From Vicugna vicugna (Eukaryota), in contig MU058824.1 in NCBI GenBank assembly GCA_013265495.1, forward strand, positions 4,986,691 to 5,050,690: 64,000 nucleotides of DNA. Reading direction: 5' to 3'. The position numbers were made by a program, and so were the translations under genes. Under the pieces are notes generated by a model. It was not told the origin of the DNA and ran no database searches. It saw only the letters and a list, made by a program, of their open reading frames with translations. Positions 11,483 to 24,329 of this stretch are shown piece by piece; position 1 is the stretch's first letter, and every line of letters starts with the position of its first letter.

Positions 11483-13789
11483 CTGCAAGGAGAGAAAGAA
11501 CAGGGGGAAAAAAGGGGGGTGGGGGTAGAGAGGTTAGTAGATTCAGTTCCACAGCAGAGAACCCAGAGAAAATGCCAGCTAAACCTCACAGGACATGGAA
11601 GAGAGGCCCACTGAACATCTGGGCAGTTAACACAGCTCAGCTTCCAGAATCTTCACCTCTTGTATTTGCTGGCCCCTGCTGTTTAGTTTAGAACATCCCA
11701 GGTTTGGCTGCAAAAACCAAAGGACAAAGTCTACCTAGAAATTTCATTCACCCTTTCCAAAGTGGCTTGCCTACAGGGTCAGGGCCACGAGAACAGCTCT
11801 GTTACCAAGGGCCACTCTGACAGGCTACGTGAACTGACTAAACACAGACTCAGAGGCTACATGAGCTCACTCTGAATCTGAGATAAGCCCACAAACCCCA
11901 AAGACCTGGTAGCTGAGCCCTTTCCATTTTGTAATACAGACTTGGTCATGTGTTTGCCCAACAAGCCCTGACCTGTTTTCCCAGAGCCTAAGTTAAGTTA
12001 TGCCAAATTAAGGCCTGGAGTTAAGGCCAGGAGTAGGATGCTCAATAGTCATAGACTTGGAGGCATTGACTGGCCATTGCCCTAACACAAGTCATCATAA
12101 TTTGGATGATAAAACCATGACTGAAATCCCAGGCTTGATTATCTACCAAATCCAGAAAAATACTTCCAAGGAAACTGACACTTTCAGAAGGACCCAAGTA
12201 AGCCACAGGAAAGGAAGAATAAAGTCTAGAGATTACTCTTTCCTGTTCGTCAGAGACTACATTACCTTCTAGGCCACACATGCTTCACACAGGATTCCTT
12301 CTCTAGGGAAAGTCCATCTACCTGGGCCCATCAGCTCCCCTTCTCTTTTCTCTCCTTCCCTTTTAAAGACCCACTGATACTTACAAGTAGAAGGGAGAAT
12401 CATGGAAACTAACTCGTAAGTTCCCAACTTTTCAAGCTACTTTTGATGACCTAATGGGTCAACCTGACCTGACAGAAGAATGAAGTCAAGAAGAATTCAG
12501 CGCAGCTACAGAAAGGTGAGTGAGATAAAAAAGACATTTCCTGGCATGGGGATGTGTCTCTTCTACATCTACTCCCCACCTCCCCTAGAGAACTCTGTTC
12601 CCTTTGAAAAAGAAAACTAGGCAAGAACACTTCAACTGACCCTGTGACTCAAATTGGAAAGATTTATCTCTTCCTCCACTATCATAAATATACTGTACAC
12701 ATCATGTCAAAGTTACTCTGATTGTGTCCTTCTGTTCTTCCCAAAGGTCCCCATAATGCCTAAAGACGAAACTCCAATCTATTGACAAGGTCATCAAGGC
12801 TTTCCATGACCTGGGCTCTTGCATCTACTGGGTGGGCTCAGACTTACTCCTAAGACTTGGCTCAAATATTAATGCCTCTGTGAAAAATTATCTGCATTCC
12901 TCTCAAAAACAAAATTAGGTGCATCGCCACTATGAATCCATGGTACCCAGGCTTCTGTGTGCACACTTCTATGATAGTATGTTGCCAGTACTGTTTCATG
13001 TTAACTGTCTGTATACATATCCTCCTTTAGACATTGTGAACCTCCTTGAGAACAAAAATTACATATACTATACTATTTCACTGCTGTAGCCGGAAGGTCT
13101 AGCACATCTCCTAGCATTCGTATGTGGTAAAAGGAACCTGAACTTTCAGGACTTAGAAAACAACAGCTTTTCTAAGAACATGTCTCTTGCCTTCACCAGA
13201 GAAAAGACAGGTCTCTTAGCCAGTAGCCTGTACAATTTTCCAGACCCCAAAGAACTGCTATACTAGCCCTTCAGTTTATCCCATCCATTGGACAAATATT
13301 TTCTTGTTAAGAAAATCTTTTCTTGTTAGCAATCAAACTTTTTGTGCTTCCTAACTTCCTAAAATGCCTTAGGATTTTTCCACTCAGACTTAGTTTTCAA
13401 TTTAAGTGACATACGTGTATAGAACACTTGCTTTGCAGGAAAATCCCTGACCTCTAAGAATGATCTCACTCTTCCAGATAGTCTGTCTTATAAGGAAGTG
13501 ACATCCTTCCCTACTGTTAAAACAATCTTAACTACACTGTACTTGGGAGTCAAAAGACTTGAGGCACTCAACTATTTGACTGTGCATTTCCTTATCTGTA
13601 AAAAGAGGATAAAAACAGCTACCTCCCAGGGTTACTTTGAGAACTCATTTCTTAAATACTTATTGAGAACCTACCATACACTAGGCAGTGTTCTCAGTGC
13701 AGGTGACGCAGCAATGAACCCTGATCTTGAGAAGCTTCTATTCTAGTAGGAGGAGCAGACAATTCATGATGGTGATGAAGATGATGAGA

Positions 13790-14000
13790 GTAGCCAGTAC
13801 TAGGTAAACACATTACATAGCTGGCATTTTGAGTAAACTCATTTATTTCTCACAACAATTTGACTGGTTAAATACTATTATTACATTAATTTTTTGATTA
13901 AATTGAAGATCAGAGATGTTAAGAAACTTGCCTAAAGTCATAGCAAGTGGCAAAGCCAAAATTCAAAACAGGCATTTTGGTTCCAGGATTTGGAACTATG
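13790..14000 (-). mobile_element. MIR SINE fragment
   Basis: gttaagaaacttgcctaaagtcatagcaagtggc, antisense MIR core; limits approximate. Confidence 0.6.
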
Positions 14001-14099
14001 TATACTGCATCATGTGTGATGGGGACTCTGCTGAAAAATTCAGGAAAGGGGAAAAGACATTGCCCCCCTGTGGTGATGTTAGAGTTGTTATTAAAATTT

Positions 14100-15055
14100 T
14101 ATAAAAGGTTGTCAGGGAGGCCTCATTGATAAAATGACATCCAAGCAGAAATCTGAAGGAAATGAGTAAAGAAGCTATTCAGAGTTCTAGGAGCAAAGTA
14201 TTCCAGTCAAAATATATAGCAAGCAAGTGCAAAGCCTGAGGTAAGAGCATAATTGGTGTGGAGGAACAAGTCTGCCATACAGTACCAGTTCAAATGGGGC
14301 TCTACAGGCCCTTATAAGCATGTTGGCTTTCATTCTGAGTGAGATAAAAAAAAAATCCCTGGAAGGTTTTGAACAGAGAAGTGATATGCTCTGACTCATG
14401 TTTTACGAGCTGGTTGTGGGGAACAGACTGTAAGGGACAAGGGTAGAAGTAGGAAGACCAGTTAGACTACTGCAATCATCTAGACAAGAGAAAACGGAGA
14501 CTTAGACAAGGATGTTAGTGGTAAGATTCAGAATATTTTTTAACGGCAAAGCAGGCAAGATGTACTAATTGACTGGATGTGGGTTGTGAAAGAAAAGCAG
14601 AAGTCACTAATGACTTTGTGGATTGGGCCTGAGCAGCTAGCTGCAAGAATGGAGTTGCCATTTACTGGTAAGGAAGACTACAGGAAAAGCAGGTTTGTCA
14701 GGGGCTTGGGGAAAAAGATCACAAGTTTGGTTTTGGATATGTCAAATCTGAGATGTCTATTTACAGGTAAATGCAGATGTTAAGTAGATGTGGAGTCTGG
14801 TGTTCCTGGAAGATGTCTGGGCCAGAGATATAAACCTGGGAATGCTTATGAAACTCATGAAATTGAAAAAGATTACCTAGGAACTGAGTATGAATAAGAA
14901 GATTAAATCCTGGGATACAGTAAGACTGGGAAGATAAGAAAGGACCAGCAAAGATGACTTGAGAAGGAATGGTCATTAATATTGGAGGAGACCCGAGAGA
15001 GAGAAGTGTTCTGGCAGTCAAGTGAAGAAAGTTTTTCAAAAAGAAGAAACTGAGG
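14100..15055 (-). mobile_element. L2 LINE remnant (resumes at about 17190-17290 after the L1 insertion)
   Basis: Purine-rich antisense L2 signature (gttttggatatgtcaaatctgagatgtct..., tggatgtgggttgtgaaag); limits approximate. Confidence 0.6.
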
Positions 15056-15058
15056 CAT

Positions 15059-17170
15059 AAGAATAGACTGAAAATCAATGGAATAGAATTGAGAGTTCAG
15101 CAATAAACTCTTAAATTTATGGCCAGTTGATTTTTGACCATTTGATGGGTAAAGAATATTCTTTTTCAACAAGTGATGCCAGGATAACTAAACATACACA
15201 TGCTCAAGAATTAAGTTGGACCCCTATCTCACATCATATATAAAAATTCACTCAAAATGAATGATAGAACTAACTGTAAGAGTTAGAACTATAAAACATT
15301 AAGGAAAAAAAAACATAGGAGCAAATCTTTGTGACCTTGGATTAGAAAATGGCTTCTTAGCTATGAAACCAAAAGCAAAATCAACACAAGAATAGAGAAA
15401 TTGAATTTCATCAAAATTTAAAACTATACTTCATATCCATTATGATGACTATTACAAAACAAAACAAAACAAAAAAACAACCAGGAAGTAACAGGTGTTA
15501 TTTAGCAAGGATGTGGAGAAATTGGAATCTTTGTGCACTGTTGGTGGGCATATAAAGTGGTGCAGCTACTGTGCAAAATAATATGGCAATTCCTCAAAAA
15601 GAACAGAACTACCATATGATCCAACAATGCCATTTCTGGGTATATACCGAAAAGAAATGAAAGCAAGAACTCAAACAGGTATTTGTACACCCATGGTTTT
15701 AGCAGCATTATTAACAACAGCTACAAGGTAGATGAAACCCAAGTGTCTACTTGGGATGGATGAATGGATAAACAAATGTATATATACATACAATGGAATA
15801 CTACTCAACCTTAAAAAGGAAGAAAGTTCTGACACATGCTACGTAATGGATGAACTTCAAAGACATTATGTCAAGTGAAATAAGCCAGTCACAAAAGGAC
15901 AAATATTGTGCAAATACACTTACATGAGATACCTAGAGCAGTGAAATTTATACAGACAGAAAGTATAATGATGACTGCCAGTGGCTGGAGGAGGGGAGAA
16001 TGGCAAGTTAGTTTAATGGGTACAAGTTTCAGCTGGGAAAGATGAAGAAGTTCCGGAGACTGTATAGTGGTGATGGCTGCACAACAATGTGAATGAACTT
16101 AAAATAATGAATTTTACATTATGCATATTTTACCACAATAAAATTTTAAAAAATTTTATCCTTCAAAGGACACCATCAAGAGAGTGAAATGACAATCCAC
16201 AGACAGTACTGTAAAATTATTTGTATAATTTGTATATAAGGGACCTATATCCCAAACATATAAAGAACTCTTACAACTCAACAAAAAAAGACAAACAACT
16301 CAATTTAAAAATGGGTAAAGGATTTGAATAGATATTTCTCCAAAGAATATATAAAAATGGCCAATAAGCACATGAAAATATGTTCAACATCATCAGCCAC
16401 TAGGGAAATGCAAATCAAGAAAAGTTATCAGTCACACCCACTAGGATGGTCATAATAATAAACAGACATTAGCAAATGTTGGCAAGGATGTGGAGAAATT
16501 AGAACTCTCATACATTGCTGGTAGAAATGTAAAATGGTACAACCACAATAGAAAACAGCCTAGAAGTTCCTCAAAAATGTTTAACACAGAGTTGGAAATG
16601 GAACTGACCCAGCAATTCCATTTCTAGGAATTGAAAATATATGACCACACAAAAATTTGTTCACAGAGTGTTCACAGCATTATTCATAGTAGCCAAAAAG
16701 TGGCAAAAAAACAAAAAACAAACAAACAAAAAACCAACCCAAACAACCAAATGTCCATCAACCGACAAATGGATGAACAAAATGTGCCATATCCATATAA
16801 TGGAATATTATTCAGCCACAAAAAGAAGTATCCACATATATTACAACATGGGTCAATCTCGAAAACATTCTGCTAAGTTGAAGAAGCCAGTCAGAAAAGG
16901 CCACATATTATACAAATCCACTTACATGCAATGTCCAGAACAAGAAAACCCATAAAAACATAAAGTAGATTAGTGGTTGCCAGAAGCTGGGGACAAAGGG
17001 TATTAGAGAGTGACTATTAATAGTTAAGGGGGTTCTTTTTGGGGTGATGGAAATGGTCTAGAATGATGGCTGCATAACTCTGAATATACTAAAACCACTC
17101 AATTGTACATTTTTAAGGGATTTTAAGGGTGAATTTTATGGTATGTAAACACACACAAAAAAAGCTGTTA
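15059..17170 (+). mobile_element. Old L1 (L1M-type) ORF2 3' end and 3'UTR, with a second L1 3' end nested at about 15430-16150
   Basis: L1 motifs ttggacccctatctcacatcatat, gcaaggatgtggagaaatt, atggatgaacttcaaagacattatg; the 3'-end motifs occur twice. Confidence 0.8.
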
Positions 17171-18329
17171 TAATAAAAGGAAATAATTATATCAAGCTGT
17201 GGACTAAGAGAACTAAAAATGGACCAGAAATTGGGCAATATGATGGTCATCTGATGGCCTTGACAAAAGCTATTTTGGTAGTGGTAGGAATGAAAAAATT
17301 ACATTTTAATGTAATGCATGTAAAAGTACTTAAAATAGTGCCTGGTATGTACTCCTCCCCATCCCACATACCTGAAAAAAAGAGAAGGAAAAGAATTAAA
17401 AAATAAGATCTCAAACTAATGGTAAGATACTACTAGTAAGCTTAAGCCTCCTGAAGTCTCAAGCAAGGCAGTAAAGAAGGAACATTTCAAATATTTCACT
17501 GTGGTAGCAATCACTGTTATACTGAATCTATTCCTCTTGCTCTATGGAATGGTACTGGAGTCAGGCTGGACTCAACACTGAAGAGATACTGCCACTGCCT
17601 AGCAATCTCTTCACCACCCTCTCTGCAGCCTGCAGATTAGATCCAGGTAAGCACTCAAAACTTTGTCTTGATTTCTTACTGGTGTTTCAGAAAACCTCCT
17701 CCTTCTCATTATCTCTGCTGCTGCCACCACCTACTTACCACAGGTACCACAAGTTCCTGCACCATCCAGCAGGATGTCAGCCCAGAAGGGAAACTCTCTA
17801 ACTTGAAGAATTCAGCCCCAGTGTTCTGGATGCTCATGCTAACATCAACTCCTGCCAATGTTTAAGGAATTAGTAAGCAAGTACTGCTTTGATATTTGTT
17901 GTTTCTACTATTGCTGTAATGTAATAATTTCTAAATGCCAAGGGAGAAGGAAGAGGGGCTGCAAAGTTAAGAGGAGAGAAAAATCTCTTGCAGTTGAGGA
18001 ATTATGGAAAGCTTCCTGGAGGAGGTGATATTTTGGCTGTATGTTGAAGAACTGAGTAAATTTTGCTAGGCTGCTATGGTGAACACAGAACCTTAGGCTA
18101 GAAGGAAGCATGCGTATGTGAATATGCTGAAACAAAGTACAAGGCCAATTTGTGAGACAGCAGTTTCCTTCTAGGTGGAGTCTAATGGGACAATGGAAGA
18201 AAAGGCTGGAAATGTAAACTAGAGACCAACTGCAGTGGTCTTGAACACCAAGTGAAGGAATTTAGACTTTTTCTGATAAGCTGTAAGGAGCCACTCTAGG
18301 GATATTTGAAAGGAACGTGACATGATTTT

Positions 18330-19020
18330 TTTCATTTTTTAAATTTAATTTTATGACTTGGTATTAATTCACATGATTCAAATTCTAAAAATTATTAAAG
18401 GGTATACAGTAAAAAAAATCTCCTCATCCCATTAGTTTTCCACCTAATACTTTTCTCCATGGGCAATCATCTATCAGTTTCTTACATATCTTTGTTAGAT
18501 ATTCTATACATATACAGACACTATAGGTTTGTGTATTCTTTCCCTCTCCTTTTTATACAAATGTAAACATCTTACATATCCTGTTCTGTAGCTTTTTTTT
18601 TTCACATGTCAAGATGTCTTTCCATTTCAGTAAAGAGGCACCTCATTCTTTCTTTTTTTTTTTTCTTTTGGCACCTCATTCTTTTTAAAGCTGCATGGTA
18701 CTGTATTCCATAGTTTAGTTGTGCCAGTAAGTTATTTAAGCAGCCTTTCTTAACATTTAGGTTGTTTTCAGTTTCACTATTTAAAAAAATGCTTCAAAAA
18801 TAGACCTGAACATATGTCTCTTCCACATGTGAAAGTGTACCTGCAGGATATATTCCTGAAAGTAGTGTTGGGGCTCAAAGGTTATACATATTTCTGATAA
18901 ATTTTGCCAAGTGCCTTCCTTAGAGGTTATATCAATTTCCACTTCCCACCAGCAATGTATGAGTGCATGGTCTCTCACACTTTTGCCAACACAGTATGTT
19001 TTCGTAAGTTTAATTTTGCC
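18330..19020 (-). mobile_element. Degraded antisense L1 fragment
   Basis: ttcccaccagcaatgtatgagtg, catttaggttgttttcag typical of antisense L1M. Confidence 0.65.
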
Positions 19021-19888
19021 CTAGAAAGATTAATCAGGTTATACGCATAAGAAGACAACCCCATTAACATTTAAAACTAGATGAATAAAACATATGCTCT
19101 TAGGATAAATTTAATTTTGATTGGAAGAAGTAACTTTAAAGTTACATATTACCTCCGTGCTACCTAGTAAAAAAGTTCCCTTATTTCTTGTAGCCAAAAG
19201 CCTTCCCATTCTTAGGTAAGCAGCCTTTAGGTGGAGATGAGAAAAAGGGAATACGACTTGTGGAGGGCAGGGTCAGCACTATAAGCATTTCCTGGACGGC
19301 TCCAAGTCAGAAATAAGGTTCTGTGTTTGTCAAGTCCAGTTGTGAGGAGAAGAGAGGTCGGGATAAGGGAAAATTCCGAAAGTGGCCTACAAGGTGGAGA
19401 AGCCCCATCAGCGACTGGAGAAATGGCAATCTTACCTCAGCAAGAAACCTGTGGAGAGTAATTTTAAAATGCTAACATAGGATCGCATCAGCCCCCCTAG
19501 TGCCTGTGGGAAACATGCTTCTTTTCCCCATTCCTATCTCCTACCCCACACCTACTTTGCACACCAGAATATCCTGAAAGTCCTGCAAGCTGCAAACTAC
19601 TTTTGTCCAGATGTTCCTCCCTCCTTTGAAAAGGTATTTTCAAAAATAAAGCTCCTCGCAATAAACCGGAAGCTCCCTAGGGACAGGAACTCCTTTCCTG
19701 TTGCTTTTGAACTCTCTTACACTGCAATCCCCACAGGACCAGGTTAAGATCCAGTAATTTAGACTGATTCAAGCTGTGGACCTCCCCCAGCCCCTTGTAG
19801 AACTCACCACCAAGCTGGGTTTCATGCTGGCCTGATAGAAGGCCATACCTGGCCAGTTGTGAACCCATTAAATAGAGACTTGGAATAC

Positions 19889-22175
19889 CTGGGTGCATGT
19901 CTTCTACCGAGAGATGGTTTGTCTTCTGTACTAGCTCGTGCAAAAGTTTTTTCTGCCTCAGTCTTTTCTCTCTTAGAACATTTTTAAAATTATTGATGCA
20001 TTTGTTAAGGTGGATGGTCTCTGCACACACTTGCTCTAGGCTTATTTTGCCCTGGTTGGGAGATTCAGGCCTGGAACAAGTTTCACTTCCCAGACACGGA
20101 GCTAGAGCAAAACCTGGTGATGAATACGCAAGGGGCAAGTTATTAGAAGCCAGAGAGGAGTTGCTGGGATCCTGAGAGGTTTGGTCTCCCTGTGCAGAGA
20201 TGCCCACTCCACCAGAGACCACACTGAGCAAGCTCTCACTCCCCTGACTCCCAGGGCTCTCCACTGAGAAATCCTGAGCACCCCCTGAACTCACTGTCCC
20301 AAGAAGTCTATCACTGTTCTCTGACTGGGAACCGCTCTCAATGCTTTCCAGGTCCTCAGGAGTGATGGACCCACTGTTGTCCAGCTTCTGAAATACTCCC
20401 TGCAAAGCTGAACGAAAGTGGTGAATTGCTCGGCCCAGTTTACTCCTGTAAAATTTGATTTCTACATCTTCATCCTCCTGTGAGCCACCCAGACTACAAG
20501 AGGACTTTTCAAAGACATCTTTGAGGACCTGAGCAGCACGTTCCTCCTCTTCATTCAGGTCAATATGAACCATGTCGCCGAAAGTCTCAGGCCCTATGAT
20601 AATTTCCTCCATCATGCTGTCACAGCTCAGAGCTGGAAACCTTCTTGACTTATCTGTTAAAAGGTCCTCTAGCTGCTTTGAGCTCAGAATATCAAGCCCA
20701 GCTTCACAGGCCAAGAGTTTGTCTTCTGTCTTCAGCAACCCAGACAGTGACAGGCAGCTGTCGGCTTCACTTGATTCACTGCAGTTACTTTCTATTTTTG
20801 CTACTTTACATGTTTCAAGTCCTTGGATGCACTGTTTGAAAACCTGGGATTTCCCAGAATCCTCCCCTTTTGAGATTAACACTGAGGAAGGTTCCTCAAA
20901 TGGATGGAGGGTAGACAGAGAAGCCTCTCTCCCTGTCAGTTCATCACAGGTGCCACTGATAACTTGGGGTATTCCTGATCTTCCTTTAACTTCACCGCCT
21001 GGCTTAGATTCATCACTCGGTTTTGCTAAACTGTTCTTGGGTGGGAAGCAAAGGCCTTGCTGTTCAGGGGTCTGGAGTTCTCCATGCTGATTCTGAGTCC
21101 TTATTTGACATGCTCCTATTATTGGTCCTCTGTCTCCTGTTTCCACCTGAAAAACTGGTTCATCTAGATTTAAAGAATTCAAATTACGATCCTGAAGTTG
21201 TTGTTGCAAAAATGATAGAGGCTCCTTTTGGGGATTCTTACAGCACTGTGGTCGGCTTGGTTCTTCTCTGGTGGCAATCCGGACCCCTAAACTCTGCAAG
21301 AGGATAGATTTCTGCAATATGAGGTCTCTATGCTCTAGATGGGCAAGCTTCACAACAGTAGGCCTGGGGGCTGGGGCTTTGCCGGCCCTGTATGCCTCTT
21401 TAATGTACCTGCTGCACTGCATGCCGTTAACACAGAGGTGCTTGGCCAGGAAGCTGTGCACCAGCTCCATGGTATTTTCCCCATCTTGCTCAGGAAGTCC
21501 ATACAGATACAGAATGGCTTCCTCACTAGGTCTGTCCACATGGGGTTCCCGGGCCTTTCCCCGAACACACACCTTGGCCAGGGCGCTGCTGCCCACTTGG
21601 AGGCCTTCTATTTCACTCAGAACTGAGTCTACACAGCTAGAGACTTCATCCACTGAACCCTGGACTTGGCTCAAGTGCTGCTGCAACTCAGCGATCTCAG
21701 TTTGGAGACGGCTGATGCCTTGCAGCTCCCTGATGATATAGTCCACCACATCCCCCAGGGGTTCTCGCTGTTCACGGCTGCAGCCTTGGCCAGGGCCTCT
21801 GGATGAAAGGGGCTTGGCTCGATTCCTCTCTGAGGGCTCTTGACAGCTTGTGGTAATGTTGGCAGATGAGACGTCCTGAGAGTGAGACCCTGAAACACCG
21901 GCAGCAGTGGAGCCCAGAGGAAGCTGGCTGCTGGCCTGCTGCCCAAAGCTGCAATACTGGGCCAGGACCCCATCACCATCCCCACCAATGGCTGAGGCTA
22001 CTGACCCACACTGGGCAGGCAGAAAGCTGTCCTCTGGTAAGGATCCAGCAGGGCCTGAGGACTGGCTCTTGATGCCACACACAGTCTCTGCCTTAGCCTT
22101 ATCAGGGGAAAGCCTGGAGGAGGGTCCCAAGGTGACCATGATTTCTTCCTCTGACTCTTGCAACAATCGTTTCAT
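19889..22175 (-). CDS. UNC13B: bMunc13-2 (brain isoform)-specific N-terminal coding exon, ATG at 22175; exon acceptor probably at 22411 or 22405
   Basis: 762-codon open frame starting MKRLLQESEEEIM; coiled coil; basic amphipathic CaM-type segments (KLGRAIHHFRSALQGVFQKL, CINNFKNVLREKRLRQKKLL); CAG|gtattc donor in phase 1 fits the 23-nt exon. Confidence 0.9.
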
Positions 22176-23894
22176 TTTTTCCCTCAGGGTCTGAGGGATT
22201 CTCAGCTTCTTCCTCTTGTTTCTACTCAGAATGGTTAATAGAGACTGGGTTAGAAGGTTAACACCCTGACCTGTTCTTTTCAGTCTGTTTTTAGCAATTA
22301 TTGCCAGCTGATGCCTTGGGCTTGGCCCACAGAGCTGCCTGGAATGGTCCCATGTGTGGTCTCCAAACCTGGCACATGTCCCTGGATCCTGGCTTGACTC
22401 TTATCCTGCAGCTAGTGAAAAAACGAAAATAGTGCACTCAGGTCAGAAAGTACCAAGATAATCTTAATATGAATCAAGCTGTCAAACAGGAATAAGATTA
22501 CCTTCTAAGACTGTAGGAGTCAACACTGACCTGCCTCCCAACGCTGACCTTAAAGGTTACAGGCAATCAGCTCTCTCTCCTTGGCTTCCCACTAGAGTAC
22601 TGATGTACCAACAAATCAAATCCTTGTGTTCTGAGCAAGTATCCAAAGGCATCAGGATTGAGATAAACTTCTGGGAAGTAGGTGGGGTGAGGTCAATGAG
22701 TGACTGAACCTTTACAAATTCAACATGAGGGTCTGGCTCAGCAATGAACAAACAGATGCTTAACCACCAAAATTCAAATCACATACACAGTAAAACGCAA
22801 GACATGGAATGTTTCTTTCTCTCCCTGTCCCCAGTTTATTGTTCTGGTGAAGGCTCAGCTACTCAAACGTTTGCTCCTGCCTGTGCTTATAGCACAAAGT
22901 GTTTTCTCCTTGTTCAGTGACAGCATCCCTTCACCTGGAGAAAGGATCATGACAAGTAAGCAATTTCCCAGCACTGTCCACTGCGGGAGTAATGCAGGGT
23001 TGCTCCAGCCCTCTGACTGACCTGGAGAGAACACTGCATAGGGCAGGTGGGGAGTTGGTTAGCATTACAGAGTGCTCCCAATGCTTTGCTGTTCTCCAAA
23101 AAGGTGAAGAAAGACCTGCCACCAGTCTTGCCTCTACATCCTAAGCTACCAGCGACTGTACTACAGAGGCAGAGATGACTATTACCTTATGTGGGGTGGA
23201 CATCCATTCCCTTTGTACTGGGAACATGCAGAATGTAGGGACGGAGCAGAGTGGAAAGTACAAAGGGTGAAGGAGAGAGCCCAGGAGTGCACAGCACTGC
23301 CAGTACTCTCTGGCTCTGCTCAGTCAGCCCCGGCAGGGGTAAAATGGGTTGGTGGGAGACCAGCTACCCTTCATGATCTTCAGCCTGAGATGGTTTCTCC
23401 ATTTTCTGGATTTGATCTAGATTTCTAAATGTTCTAAACCCTGGATTCCTTTTCCCAGTACTCAAGTTAACCCTAAAAGGGGAAAACTGCCCATGAAGAA
23501 CCCAAGCTGACTGCTCCCATAGCAAATCTTTTTCAGGAAAGGCCACCAACTATAGCCTGTGGGTCTGAAAGTTAAAAGCACTGTGCTTCTACAGACTAGG
23601 AAGAACCAGAAGAACAAGTCAAAAGACTTGAGATAAAGATGAAGCTGACCCTTTTACTGGAAATAACTAGGCCAAGAAACAAGAGACAGAAACTAGATTA
23701 TTTCCCATTTCATTTCTTCCCTTCTCTCTAGTTAGGTCAAAACTCTACTTTATCTAGGAATTCCTCATCTAAGAACTCTACCCATCCTGTGAGGGACTAC
23801 AGAGGCCTGATTATCAATTTTTAAGCATTAATGCTTTATTCCAATGTTTCCAGGGGTCAGGATTAGCCATACCCCTAATGTGGCCAACTCAGTC

Positions 23895-23975
23895 TAGAGT
23901 GAGAGTGAGACAGAGTGTGTGTCTGTGTGTCTGAGAGAGACAGAGACAGAGACAGACAGACACGGAGGGAGAGAA
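23895..23975. repeat. Compound GA/GT/(GACAGA)n microsatellite
   Basis: Seen directly. Confidence 0.85.
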
Positions 23976-24329
23976 AGAGAATGCTCTTATGTGCACAACC
24001 AGAACTCCTGGGTCTTGAGCTTAGTGCCCAGCTGCCTAGACAGCAAAGCCCCAATTCTAGAACTGACTCATCAAATTCTTCTTTTTCTCCTTCCATAAGT
24101 ACAAAATCTCTTATTCCAAAGCCACCTGTTTCTTTTTTCCAACTGTGCAAGGTCTGGCACCTTGATCTGGTCTTAATATATGGTATTAACTTTAAACAAA
24201 GTCCCTAGCCTGACAGACTAGAGTTGTCGATTAGTCTTTAAAGTTTGTCTCAAAGGGGAAAGACTGCTTACCAAACCAAGATGGAAGCTCTGTGTATGAC
24301 CACATGAAGCCACAAGCAAGTGTTATTAG

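Noticed and set aside
17733..17880. Possible 113-nt exon (tactaat...ggcag / GTG|gtaagt) on the minus strand
   Set aside because: Poor polypyrimidine tract, not frame-preserving, no recognisable peptide; likely a pseudo-exon
19897..22194. Several plus-strand ORFs of 90-170 aa overlapping the b exon
   Set aside because: Antisense shadows of a long coding exon; no independent gene signals
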